A stretch of 64,000 bases of DNA from Bugula neritina (Eukaryota; Animalia; Bryozoa). Positions 38,701 to 51,200 of the stretch are shown here, piece after piece. The notes beneath the pieces were generated by a model. It saw nothing but the letters and a program-made list of their open reading frames with translations. It was not told the DNA's origin and ran no database searches. Made by a program: the position numbers and the translations under genes. Where the stretch lies: positions 29,900,628 through 29,964,627 of the forward strand of contig OZ037767.1 in NCBI GenBank assembly GCA_964035545.1, read 5' to 3'. Each line of letters begins with the position of its first letter. Position 1 is the first letter of the stretch.

Positions 38701-41700
38701 GAGAAGAGGCAGCTGGTAGTGGAACTGAACCATGTGCAGTCCGTCAGTGATGAGTGGAAGGACCGTCAACCACCAGGTATAGATCTTGTGTACATCACTC
38801 GGGTATAGCATATGAGTATAATACTTGGGTGTAGCACTTAGGTATTGTACTTTAGCATAGCACCTTAGTATAGCACTTTAATACAACATTGTAGCAGAAC
38901 ATTTTAATCTTGTAAGATTTAAGCTGTGCTGTTTGTGCTGCTTCAACCAAACATTACCTTGTCTTAGGGAAGCTACCGAGACCTGCAAACAGCAAGACCA
39001 AAGTGGTTACAGTCTTCAGTCCAGAAAAGAAAAAGATTTATGAAGCTGGCAACTTTTCCGCTGAGCATATTTCCGATGTCCTTGAGATGAACAGAGCCCT
39101 TGCTGTGAAGGTCAGTAGACTTGTCCATGTCCTCACTTGTTGCTAATCGATATGTGAAAACAAAACAAGTATGCAGTTGTATGTGAGTAGACCTTGGTTT
39201 TTGTTGCAGGCGAATCTGTTCTAAAAATGACTGAGAAAGTAGTAAATGAAAATGGAGTTTTCTAATCAAGAGTTTTTTAACTTATTTACAGTTCAGTTAT
39301 TAGTACATTGATGTATACACACATACATATACCTGCTGTAGTACATTAGTACATTGATGTATATACACGCATACATATACCTGCTGTAGTACATCAGTAC
39401 ATTGGTGTATATATACACATACATATACCTGCTGTAGTACATCAGTACATTGATGTATATATACACATACATATACCTGCTGTAGTACATCAGTACATTG
39501 ATGTATATACACATACATATACCTGCTGTAGTACGAAGAATCTCAGTTGGAGTTGTCTCAACTCAGAGTTGATCATCAAAAAGCTCTTGCACAGCTGGAA
39601 AAACAGATGAGAGAAGATCAAACTGACTTGCAGTCTAAGGTAATAGATACTCTTTGGTTTACAGATTAAGGTAATATTGCTCTTTAAATACTCTCTGGTT
39701 ACCTGGAATTATAATTACTTTATTTGTTCGTTACTAGTTTAGAGAAGATTTTTATACACCTTCATGTAATTTATGTGCGAACATCTGTTGTTACACATGA
39801 GTTTAGGTAAGTCTTTTATGAAGCTTAATTTTCTCTGCGTTTGATTTTTTGTAGTTGAAAAGACAGGAAGTAGAGTTTCAAAGAGAAAGAGAAAGTCTTG
39901 TAGCGAAATATGCCATCCAACAGTCGGAGAATGATCTGACCAAATATAAAAATGAAATCACAAGTCTGCAGGTATTCCAACTACATTAGTCAGGAGTTGT
40001 AATCTTTCCTATTTAGAGCAATCATTAGAAAGCTTGAGTTTACTGCATCTGTGCAAGTGTCGGGAGAATAATTTGACAGGGCAAGCAGTTGGGAGCAGGT
40101 GCTAGCGTTTTATGTCAGACCAAATAATATCTTTTTAGAACATTTTTGTTTGTTTCTATGTTTTCTTTGTAAAATGCTACTTTGATGAGATTCAATAACT
40201 GTCTATTTTTATAAGGATGCAAATAAATGCAGGAAAAACTAATGCAAAAAACCTATGAATTTATAATTTTGGGCTGCTGTTAGTCTCACCGTTGGTCAAT
40301 TAAAGCCACTTTGCATGGGTATTGGTTGCAGTATGTATTGAATAAGTGTTTAGTTATTAATTGTATCATCAACACCTGTTTTGTTTACTGCATAGTATGT
40401 GTGCCTAAACTGTAATGTCTCATTTCAGACTGTCATCCAGCATCTGAAAGAAGACAGGCTACAGTGGCAACATGACACCGAGGAGTTATCTGCTCTCAGA
40501 ATACGGAATATCACATTAGATAATAGAATCAAGGGGTTAGAGGACCAGCTGGAAGATGCTAAGGAACACCACACTCCTGTAAGACTATAAATTCTACCTG
40601 CTATCTCATTCTGTAGGGTAGCTTGAAGAATCGGTATTTCTTATTATCTCTACTAATGTGTTTTATGCAGCTTAAAGACAAGTATTGTGTCAAATTAATT
40701 TTGTCTTCTTTGTTCTGATAGGAATACTTGAATTCTCATCTGTTTTTTCAAAGCAGGAGATAAGCCAACTTGCAACACAAAAATAATATATTTTAATATG
40801 AAACTCATAATGAAGTATTCCTACATTTAAACTTTCCCTGCTCATATCTGAGGTTTATCAGATATAAATTTCTAAAATTAGATGTGAAACTCATTGTTGT
40901 AAATAAAAAATATTTTCGGTTTGCGGGTGAAGAAAGACCGTCATAGCAAATCTCACCTTTAACCTGTTGCTGGCATTACTTAGTATTACTAAGTAGCTAG
41001 CAATAAACAGTGGTCTTAGGAGTTATCTTCTCTCACAGCAGTGTGTCGTATTGATGAACCATTTACTTATTCTTTATGGACTGATGACTGGATAGTTGTA
41101 GTGGACTTTGGAGGGGTTTTATGAGTTAACTGAGTTATTGGTTGTCATTCTGCTTAGCATCTTATGCAGTAGCTAATGCCTGTTGTGGCAGTTTATGAAG
41201 CAGTTTGGTAACACCTGAGTAGGTTTTCACTTAATTGTATTGCGTTCACTTCTGCCTGGTCGAGTAGCCTTTCAGTCATTAGACAACTTTAGCCTCTATT
41301 CTAGAAACTTTAACCTTGTCTATAGGTTGGGCTGTTTGCCACTCATATTGCTATTATTCTAGCGTAAATCTTGGCTGCAGCCCTTTACCCTAGTAGACTG
41401 TAATGGTCAATCCCAACCTTCAAGTTATTAGATGAGGCGTCACAAAGAGCTGACCAATTAGTATTGAAGAAAGTTTAATATAGCAAATGTTATTAGTAAT
41501 GTACTTATCAACCCTGGCCATAATGCCTGCCATAATTTAGGGGTTCAAAAATTTAGTTCCAACAATTACAAAGGCCTTGTTTTGTTTTTCCTAAATGTTG
41601 ACTTGTTAAGTTGATTCTGGCTGTTATATTTTTACCCAATGCCCTAGCCTCAGTTATAGTTTCACCCTGACCTTCCTGTTTGTAGGAGATGAGGCACTTT

Positions 41701-41946
41701 GAGAGACTGAGAGACAAAATCTCCTGCATGGAAGAAAGGTTCAGCAATAGAGAAATAGAACTGAAGAAGATCATCACTCAGAATCAGCTTACGTATCAAC
41801 AGGATCTGAGGCTAGAAATTGAGAAATGGAAAAACGTTGTACACACTAAAAACAAAGATATCGAGAAGTTTAGAACCGAATTAGACTCTATTCTTAGCAT
41901 ACTTAAGGTGTTACGCAGACAGGGGGTGACAATACCCGTAATATGA
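26716..41946 (+). CDS. CEP162: Centrosomal coiled-coil protein CEP162 (QN1-like); many exons
   Basis: N-terminal [14 protein letters not shown] and [23 protein letters not shown]. Central [51 protein letters not shown]-terminal [26 protein letters not shown]. Confidence 0.93.
32745..33118. repeat. Compound minisatellite (~22-bp TGTGACCTACTTTCT unit, then 31-bp TACTCTGTCATACACTGTCACACTCTGTGTG unit) filling a CEP162 intron
   Basis: Tandem copies run from just after the donor (32740) to near the acceptor (33143). Confidence 0.9.
33371..34010 (+). repeat. 27-bp minisatellite (GTGAGTCAAGTTATTAGCTCAGCTTAG), 23 copies of a CEP162 donor junction
   Basis: AG|GTGAGT recurs every 27 bp from 33386 to 33980; the copies are nearly identical. 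Confidence 0.97.
35099..35169 (+). tRNA. trnG-GCC: tRNA-Gly (GCC), intronic in CEP162
   Basis: GCATCGGTGGTTCAGTGGTAGAATTCTCGCCTGCCACGCGGGAGGCCCGGGTTCAATTCCCGGCCGATGCA forms a complete cloverleaf with A/B boxes and is followed by an oligo-T Pol III terminator. Confidence 0.98.
35783..36084. repeat. 21-bp minisatellite (TATATGTTCATGTGTATTGAG)
   Basis: About 14 copies beginning ~30 bp after the donor at 35751. Confidence 0.93.
36200..36593. repeat. ~31-bp minisatellite (ACTAGTGGTGGTAGTATATTGTACTCTGGT[AT]G)
   Basis: About 12 copies ending ~15 bp before a CEP162 acceptor. Confidence 0.93.
38396..38573 (+). repeat. 42-bp minisatellite duplicating a CEP162 acceptor plus exon start
   Basis: TGTTTACCAG|TTGAGTTGAAGGC recurs with AGs ending at 38434, 38476, 38518 and 38560. 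Confidence 0.92.
39300..39534 (+). repeat. 46-48-bp minisatellite duplicating a CEP162 acceptor
   Basis: CCTGCTGTAG|TAC ends at 39341, 39389, 39437, 39485 and 39531. Confidence 0.92.
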
Positions 41947-43239
41947 ACAAGTTCATTGGCTAGAATTTTATTTCAGTCCGTCCAACAAACTCTTCTACTT
42001 TCTGGTGAATTACTGAAGTCTGCACAATGACAGTGTGTGTATTAGATAGATTATGTCCCCTCTCTCTCCCCCTCTCTCTCACCCTCCCCCCTCTCTCTCC
42101 TCTCCCCCCCCCCCTTTTCTCTTATCTTCTGATAGTGTGTTGTTACTTGTTTCAGAAGTTTAATGTATATTTGTAGTGATTCTTAAGTTTTGTATACGTT
42201 TGTGAGTTTTATAGTGATTTTTTCTTGTAAATAATATTTTAAGAGAAATCTGTGACTTGTCTTATATTTAGGAGACATTAATAAAGACTAGATTAATACA
42301 TGTTGTTTAAGTAAGGTTAAATAATTGCAGAAATGCAGCCTTAAATTATATTTGTGAACATTTTGCAACCCATAATAATGTAAATTTTTATTTTCAAACA
42401 CTTTATACAAGTACAAAATTGAACTGTTATATCCCATAGTACTTTTGCTTGAAATTATAGTCTAAAATATTGAATACTATTGGTCAATTTATTAATAAGT
42501 ACAAGCTACCTGATTTTGATCAAAAGCCAAATCAAAACTGCTATATTTGCAACACTAATTCCGCCGGAGGTAAATATGTCTCATTATTTATTGCATCTGT
42601 CATATAAAGAGTGCTAGGAGATCTATTTTAAGTTGATATGTTTAACTTTGAGTCATGATTATAGCTGTTTTAGAAGTTATATATTGTTAATATAATCAAT
42701 AATTGTTGTGATCAATAATACATCTTATGAAATTATTGTGCATAATCCAATACACATGAGTTTTTAGGTTACAGCTAAAATAAAGATAAATAAGTGATAC
42801 AAGATTAATGGTGTAAACTGATTAACAAATGTGGACATAATTTTTTCCCTGCATCACTAAATTTGCATGATCTTAAAATATTTTTCAATGAGTTGCTAAA
42901 CAATTGCAGAATAATGTGTTCCACCTTTTATTTTTTTAGCTTGATATATATTTATATTATATTATATGCCTGTTGTATATTATTATAAACCTGGCAATGG
43001 TCTATATAGTAAATTCTATTTCTTCTTATAATTACATTTAGTATGGCGTTGAGCTCTACAGAAGAGAAACCTCTCGCTGTTTATATTATGTGATCATCTA
43101 TAAATTTATTCTACTCAAATTTGCTCTCGGCCATATATTATTATTTGTAGGCCTAAGCATAAAGGTGAAGTCGAGCGTATGTTTCCAAAATAAGATAACT
43201 CCATCTTATAAACAACACGTCCTATAATTGTCATTGTAA

Positions 43240-43300
43240 ACACCACCCACGTTGTATTAAACGTGCTTTTCAGCCAATGAGACTTCGTCACCACGCCCAG
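43240..43300 (+). promoter_or_regulatory. Putative promoter elements (CCAAT box, CRE half-site, CCACGCCC Sp/KLF box)
   Basis: CAGCCAATGAGACTTCGTCACCACGCCC cluster in otherwise AT-rich DNA, ~2 kb upstream of the lectin ATG; a donor CTG|GTGAGT follows at ~43716. Confidence 0.4.
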
Positions 43301-45277
43301 ATCAACGTTGCTAAAATTATACCTAGCAGGTTGTAATATATTTAATAATATTTTTAATTTAGTTTTACCTGCTGCATTTATTTATTCTGTTATGATCAAT
43401 GAACTCAATAATATTAACCTAGGTCTTTTCCAGCTCAGTGATTATGATTATCAGAAAAGACCAATAGAAATAACAATATATATAGTTGTTAGTTATACAT
43501 AAATAATAATAATGATAATGGGGGTATTTCACAGAATTGTATTGATTCACTAAAATTCATTTTGCTTTTGGCAGGTTTTGAGTCGGTACGCAGTTGGATT
43601 TCCAAGTAAAGATTCCATATATTTTAAAAGGAGCTCCTTGGATTCACTGAAACTAAAAGTAAACCTAACTTAAACTCAAAGTGAAAGTCATTAACTTTAA
43701 CTTTAAGTATAACTGGTGAGTGGCTTAGGCTTAGGCTTACTCTTAGAGTTGGATAATTTAGTGTTACTGCCCATACTAATACTCATATTGATATTGATAC
43801 TCATTTTAATATTCATATTAATTATGTCAGTGATCCAGATTGCCATTGTACTTGTAGTACTAGTAGTGTAATTTAAATTTTTAATCCTACTCTAACTTTA
43901 AGTAAGTGTAGCTGTCACTGTGCCTGAAAGTGAAACTCAAACTGAATGCAACTCCGACTCTTGTGCTCGTAGTGACATTTGAAGTTAAGACTGAGTCTTA
44001 GAAACCACATGGTAAATTTTGAACTTGAAAACTAAACAAGTATATCTAGCTACTGATTATTCTAACTTTTGTCTTAGACCTAAGTCTAGCCAATTATTTG
44101 GTAATTTGCGATTGAAGCAATATCTTAAAGTTTAACTTACTCCAAGTCTAATGGAGATTGTTATTATGTGATAATAATTTTAGAAATGTCAGATTTTTTT
44201 ATAATTTGCTTTCCATTACTACAATATGAATAAATTTTGAAAATTTCAATTTGAAATACACAGTAGTGGCTCATCATGACTTAAAGTTTTTTGGGTTTAG
44301 GTATAAGTGCATGTGTGAGTATATATTCATATTGATCTCTGATTATCTCACAGATATTATCATTATGATAATGATTATCAGTAGGCCTAGCTGTAATTGC
44401 AGACTTCAGTTACAGTCACACCTGCTTCTAAGAGGACAACTTTTACTAAGCCAATGAAAGTTGACATTATAGAGAAAAGTCATTTTTGGCCCAGAGCCAA
44501 ATTTTAAACCCACAATTTATTAGCTTTGAAGTCTATATGATAACTATTTTAAACGTTGTACATTCTTCTGGATGAATAGTCATCTTTTCAAGACCTCTTT
44601 CATTCGTGACATCTATCAATGTATTTCCAAGTCTCATTGGATTTTACCAAGTGTTCAACAATAGCCATTGCTATATTCCCATCAAAGATTCATATTTTAC
44701 CAGCAATAATATTCACTATTAAAATAATGACTATCTCAAAAAGACGGTCAATTTTTAGGTTGCAATAGCCTCGTTTGAGACATCTCAGCCTTAATACTAC
44801 TGCATGCATTTTACTTGATTTAAATCTATTTCTGTTTGACTGTATTATTCAGTAAATTCAGTTCATGATGTTTTAAAAGAAGCTTCAGAATCTAAAATGC
44901 TGGAATAAAAGAATCAAATTAGGAACATTGCTTTTGGAAAATTGCAGTTTTATTTTTTGCTGTATGACTCATCATTTTGTACTTTCCACATCAGGTGTTT
45001 TTAAATTTTCGAGACAATCAGTACAAAGCTGCCCATTGTATTCTCTGTTTGTATTATCCAAGTTGACAACATAATAGAATAAAAAGCTGAACCAAGTTGT
45101 TATTGGCAATCAGCTCCATGTAAACCTATTTACTTTCAAACTCTGACTTCTATCTGTCATTCAGCAAGTTTACGTGTTAAGTTGTGTATCTACAGACGCA
45201 GTGGAGACAGTCTTATATCGTATCTTACAACTCTGCTGTGAAGATAAACAGGAGCTGCCATCCTTAGAGCATCAAGA

Positions 45278-48200
45278 ATGTTGTTGGCAGCAGTTTTAGC
45301 TGCCTTATCTCTTCTTTCAGCTGCAGGTGAGTCAAGGTGTAACGTGTAGTGATTGTGTAATATGCCGTGAATGTGTACCACATTATTGTTATTGCACTAT
45401 TCATCAGTTCAGCCAACACTGCTGATTATTAAAGTCTCATCACTTCAATGATATGACAGCTATTAGAATTTATAACTTTATTTTCTTGTATATCTAATCT
45501 GCTAATTCAGATTTCCTTAGTTGCAGATGACTACACACTAATTTAATGTGCTCTTGCCCAATCTAGTGACCAAATTATATTTTTTGCTTTCTATCACCTC
45601 ACCAACTAAATGACTTTGTGAAGGTAGAAGGTATACCTGACAGGCACCTGTAGCATGTAGTCATAATAACCTGACAGACACCTGCTGCAGGTAACTTGAC
45701 AGAAAGAAACCAATTTTAGCAACTGTTGACCTCCAATACAGCGCATAACACTTTATCTCAATGCATCATGTTGAATCATGTAAAAGCTCTGTAATTTCTT
45801 CTAATTGCGCTTGATAATTATTATTCCCACTTCGAGCTAACTTGCATTTATAACTTTAAATATTTCTATAATAATGGCTTTCTTCTCCCTGAACATTTTA
45901 CTCCCGTCACAATGTCAATTTAGGAGTCAAAAACCTACTAGCTGTGTTGTAATATTAGACTATTACTCTGCCTTCAGCTTCATGGGCTGACGTAATAAAA
46001 TGATTTTAAAGCCAGTAATGTAAAACAGCATCCAATAAATATCTCATAAAGAGTTGGCATCCAGCCAAGTTGTTGCACAATACACAGCTTAATGTTTAGA
46101 TTGTAGATTATTACATAAATAGCTTGATTGTTTGTTAGAAAAACTTTGCTTATTTGTCAATTTGATAGATAATGCGATTATACATACTGGTTGCACTAGG
46201 CAACCAGTATGTATAAATTCTGCAATATATGTTGTACTGTTCTCATTTTGTTAGAATATGAAAAGGAGATTAATATTTTACATTGAGCTAGTTTGAAATA
46301 TTTTAACATTTTAATCCAAGCTGCTAGCTAGGTGTTTTTAAAGTATTTTCGTCAATATATTATTACTACGGTTAGATGCACGCTCTCTTGTTTATTCCAA
46401 GACTGACCTTTGAAATTTGCTACCTTTATACTGGAAACTGTGTTCACATTTTAGTTCTACTAACCCATTACAGTCAGGTTTTATCTATGTTATTATTAAT
46501 TATTCTGGCTTCCGATATTTTCAGGAAAGTTAAACCCAGCTATTGCCACAATTGGAAGCTGAAATATACAATCTATTCTCAGCTGAACCAAGCCTGTCAT
46601 ATTAGGTTGACAATCCTTAGAGATTCATCAGCTCTTGTAACCTATTTAGATAACATATGGTCTGATCCTAGTTTGTTTGTATTTTGAGGTCAACAATGGC
46701 GTGGGGAAATAATTTTATGATTCATTGAACTGCAGATTCAGCTAAAATAGCAAAATTCAACTAAACTAACTAACCTATCTACCCCAAGTCTCATTTTTGA
46801 GATAGTGTCAGTTTACTAGATCCTATCTTGGACTCAATTTGGTTTATTTTCAAAATAAATAGATAGGAGTTAAAATATACTAAATTTCATCTTTGATGAC
46901 TACTTTTATCAATAGAAAATGAAAAATAATGTCAGTTGTTGCTTTGTAAGAGCAACAACATTTACATAGCTCTAGCTATTAATAACAACAAAGAAATTCC
47001 ACCACAAGTTCCTAATAAAATATAAATTAACTCCTGTTATAGGATTACATATCATAAAGTGACACCAGCCATATATTATACTGAACTATCACTGCGTATG
47101 ATGTATTAACAATTGTTGTATTACAGCCACTTAATTAGGGCTACTAAGAGCTATAATAGAGGGCAGGTAGCTCCTTTGTGACAGCGTTGATTCATACAAC
47201 ATGGCTGACAGACCTTTTGTAGCTTGATAACAAGAATTATAATCCCTGCTGCCATTGAAAAAGTTTTGTACTGCTTTACTTGTTGTCGGAATTTTGGTTC
47301 CTAATTTGGCAAACATTGACCATTGCTCTATTGAAACAATTTCGTATTTAGGTAAAACAAGGCACCCTTTTGAAACTGTGGAGAATGCAGCTTGCATGCT
47401 TGCCGTAGGTTTCTAAACTATATCCCCAGTTTTTGAAAAGCTAACACAATTTTTTTGAAGAAAATATTTTATGCTAAAAGATATATAAGATATTAAAGCT
47501 AATAGAATGTTTTCACATATATTTCAGCTCAGCTTTCACCATATCCTTTTTTTAGAGTATAAATTGGGTAAAGTTCACTACTTTGAAATGAAAGGGCCTT
47601 AAGTAAAAGCTTCAATACATTGTAGTATCACTCCTCAGTTATAACAAATATTGAAATTTTAGACAACAGTAAAAGATAATATTTTAGTTTGAACTAGCTT
47701 GATGAAACTAGTTGCTTTCTTGTAAAGTTTGCTCTGGAAAACCCAGCATCTCAGTATAGCTCTGTTTCTCATGTTCCCTGGAAATGTTATAATAACAAGG
47801 TGGAAGTGAGCTTTGTTCTAAACTCTAAAGCTATAATCAATAATACTTTACTATCATGCAGTCTGTGCATGCCTTACTTGGCTGCACTCAGTTTTCTATA
47901 CATGGTTGGGATTGGGGGAGGGTTGGGGGTTTGGCAGCTAGCCAGCTACTCGACAGCAAGCTCTAAAGTCACTTCCCTGTCTGATTAACTCTCCATTGTA
48001 TATATCTTGTAGCTATGGTCACGTGACAAGCCTGGATTTATATTTTATTTCATTGCCTCTATAGTCACACTGATTTGTTCATCTATATTCTATGTATTTC
48101 ATATTGAATTCAGGAACACAATAGAGGAGGCTTACAGCCAATGCTATTTTTTCTCAAGGATGTAGATTTTATCTTTGCTGTTGGATGCTTAGAGTTCATT

Positions 48201-51200
48201 GTATAGATTTATTTTGAGCTCATAGTTCTATGCCGGATTGGTTTCTATAAGAACTTTAAGGGTTGTCCTTCCTTTGTCCTTCATATATATATTGAAAGTG
48301 CTGTAACGGCTTGCACACTCCACACCTATATCATGGTCTGCCAGGTTTAGGTTTTAAAGACCCTTTTTCATAAGTCAAGTTGTGTAAAAGAAAATAAATT
48401 TCGCCAACTACGCATGAGCTTGGTTGGCAAGATAGTAAAATAGGTAGGCTACGTTTTTCCTACTATCTGAACACTTTTTAGGATCAGAGTTTTGTTGTTA
48501 GAAGATTGTAGGATGTTGTGATGAGTAAGTGTTGCGGTCACTTCTATAGTGTATCTAGTTTTTTATTTTGACATATTATAAATAATTAGCTGATAAGCTA
48601 ATTTACTGAGTTGTTGAAACTATATTATGTTACAAGGGTGACATGATTAGCTGATTAGCTGTCCTGGGAGAGTTTTATAGATTGAGGCAACACTAATATG
48701 CTATGGTTATTTACAACATCAGTCTTTGCCTGCTAGTCTATGCCTGGCAGTCTATGCCTATGTTCTCTATGCCTATGTTCTCTATGCCTATGTTGTCAAC
48801 ACTTGTAACTAATGAAGAGGTCAACTGAGAAATTCTGTGGTTGGAATGGTCTTAGATTTAGTTGTTTTGGGTTTCATAAGCAAGGCTGGTTTATTTTATG
48901 TAAATGAGATAAGAAATAAGCAGTAGAACAGTAATCTACCCCCACACATAAAGTTCCTAGACTATACACCAGACCCCACGTGCTAAAATCTATAGCTGAG
49001 CCTCTAGTTGTACTTGTTGCCTGATAGGTTTAGCATACATGCTATAGCACTCACTACATATACATGCTATAGCACTGCACAGATCTGCTATAGATTACAC
49101 AGATCTGCTATAGCGGTACAGAGCTTTAACAGTACAGAAATATGCTATAGCACTCCCATACATGCTCTAGCCTTAACTTTCTATTACTCTATGGCCTATA
49201 CAATGAATTTGGTGTATTGTATTACAACTCGTTACCCATATAATATTTTTATGTCAAAGGAGTTTTGTTCTCTTGTTAGGGGCATCCCGTTGCCCACCTG
49301 CTAGTCAAGAGAGAGGAACGTACACCAGTGTGGTGGAGGACAAGTGCCTGCAGTTTGTCTTTAGTGAAAAGACATGGTTGGATGCCAAGGAGTTCTGTTA
49401 TAACCGAGGAGCAGCACTGGCTAGTGCCGAGACTAGAAGGTGAGAGTGTGACTCAGTACTAGTGTGACTAAGTGTTAGTGTGACTAGGTACTAGTGTGAC
49501 TCAGTACTAGTGTGACTCAGCACTAGTGTGACTCAGTACTAGTGTGACTAAGTGTTAGTGTGACTAGGTACTAGTGTGACTCAGTACTAATGTGACATAG
49601 CACTGATGTGACATGTAGTACTGTATGGCTAATCAAACTTTCTCAACTCCTTTGTCTCAACTTAGACGTGTTACTTATTTAGCAAACACAACAAGATTGT
49701 TGGGTTACTGGAAGGAAAGTTTGATGTAAGTGGGAAGTTTGGAGGCAGACAAGGGTTTTGGCTCGGACTACATGACAGGGTGTCGGAAGGAACATTTCTG
49801 TGGGATGAGGGACGAGGAAACGCTGGTTAGTTTCTCATTTAGCAAGTCGTAGTTCGAATACAATCTCTATCTCTTTACAATCTTACTCTGGTATTCAGCC
49901 CAGGGGTATTTCTACCATAGAATGTATTATATTCTGAACTGCTATGTTAGATAGTAGAATGAGCTGGTCTAACTGGAACCCCGGGGAACCAAATGACTTA
50001 ACAGGACAGGACTGTGTATATATGCGAAGGTCTTACGGCTTCAAGTGGGTAGATGTCGGCTGTGGAAATGGGTTTCACGTGAACAGATTTTATTCCTTCG
50101 CCTGTGAACATAGTAAGTGTATATACTGCATGTGCATCCTTTGGCAACATAGTAAGTTGCATGTACATACCTTGGGAAGATAGTAAGTGCAGTACATATT
50201 ACATAAATCATCCTGCTAATAGTGGCTATTGCCTTGCTCTACCACTGTATGGACCACGTTAATCTCTGTTGAAATGTTACAAATCCTGGGGTTTATCAAT
50301 GTGGTTGTCACTGCATGTTACACATTTTTATAGCCTAGTATTTCAATTGCAGATAAAGGATTTGTATATAAAAGCATGATCACAAGTGTATATTATATAC
50401 ATACATGGGTCTATAGTAACCTTTGATTTTTCTGTTTTTATCAGCTTATAAAGATTTACACCTTTCAGATACTTTCACAGGTTTTATTGAGTCCAATCTT
50501 AAATATTCTCATCAAAACAAGATGACATAATGTGATGATACACCTTTCTTGTTTCTTTCATTTGCATGTCCTGATTCTTTCCAGAGCTTCTACCCACCAC
50601 AACAACCACCACCACAACAACAACAACAACCACCACAACAACTAGCACACCTACCACAACTACTACCACACCTACCACAACAACTACCACACCTACTACA
50701 GTAAAAACAACTGAAAGTTAGTATATGCTTGTATGTTAGTTCCTCTAACTTTTCTGGTGATTGGACCTGGTGTTAACCATGTAGTCTAGGCTAGTCTGGC
50801 TAGACCTTGTAATTCAGCTGCTTTATGTGTGCCCTCATGATGTCATTGAAGCTCATTATTCAAACCCTGCGCTGCTTAACCTGATATTTCACATGCTCAA
50901 TACGATTTTAGCAACTACCACAACACCAACAACCACCACAACACCAACAACAACTACCACCACAACCACTACTGTTCCCACTACAGTAAAAATTACCACT
51001 TCATCTAGTACTAGTTTATTAACCAGTACAGGTGTAGCTGAAGTTGCTACACCTACAAATGGTAATACAAATGGTTCCCTTCTCACTACTCACTCAAAAC
51101 TTTCTCTCTAATGAACTCACTGCACCTGCTTGGGATAAGACGATGTTCTAGCTCCTGTTTGCTACATTTGCATTGCTTGTAGATGGGTAATGGCTGCTAG

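Noticed and set aside
41051-41090. C/D-box snoRNA candidate (TGATGA...CTGA)
   Set aside because: The boxes are only ~25 nt apart, and I see no terminal stem or recognisable guide sequence.
42057-42120. C/T-rich tract after the CEP162 stop (possible G4 or triplex)
   Set aside because: It is a simple low-complexity run with no evidence of function.
43274-43296. ER-stress element (CCAAT...CCACG)
   Set aside because: The spacer is 12 nt; the ERSE consensus needs 9.
47131-47397. 88-aa minus-strand ORF in the lectin intron
   Set aside because: No recognisable domain or convincing splice context. It could be a non-coding element or TE relic, but I cannot support either.
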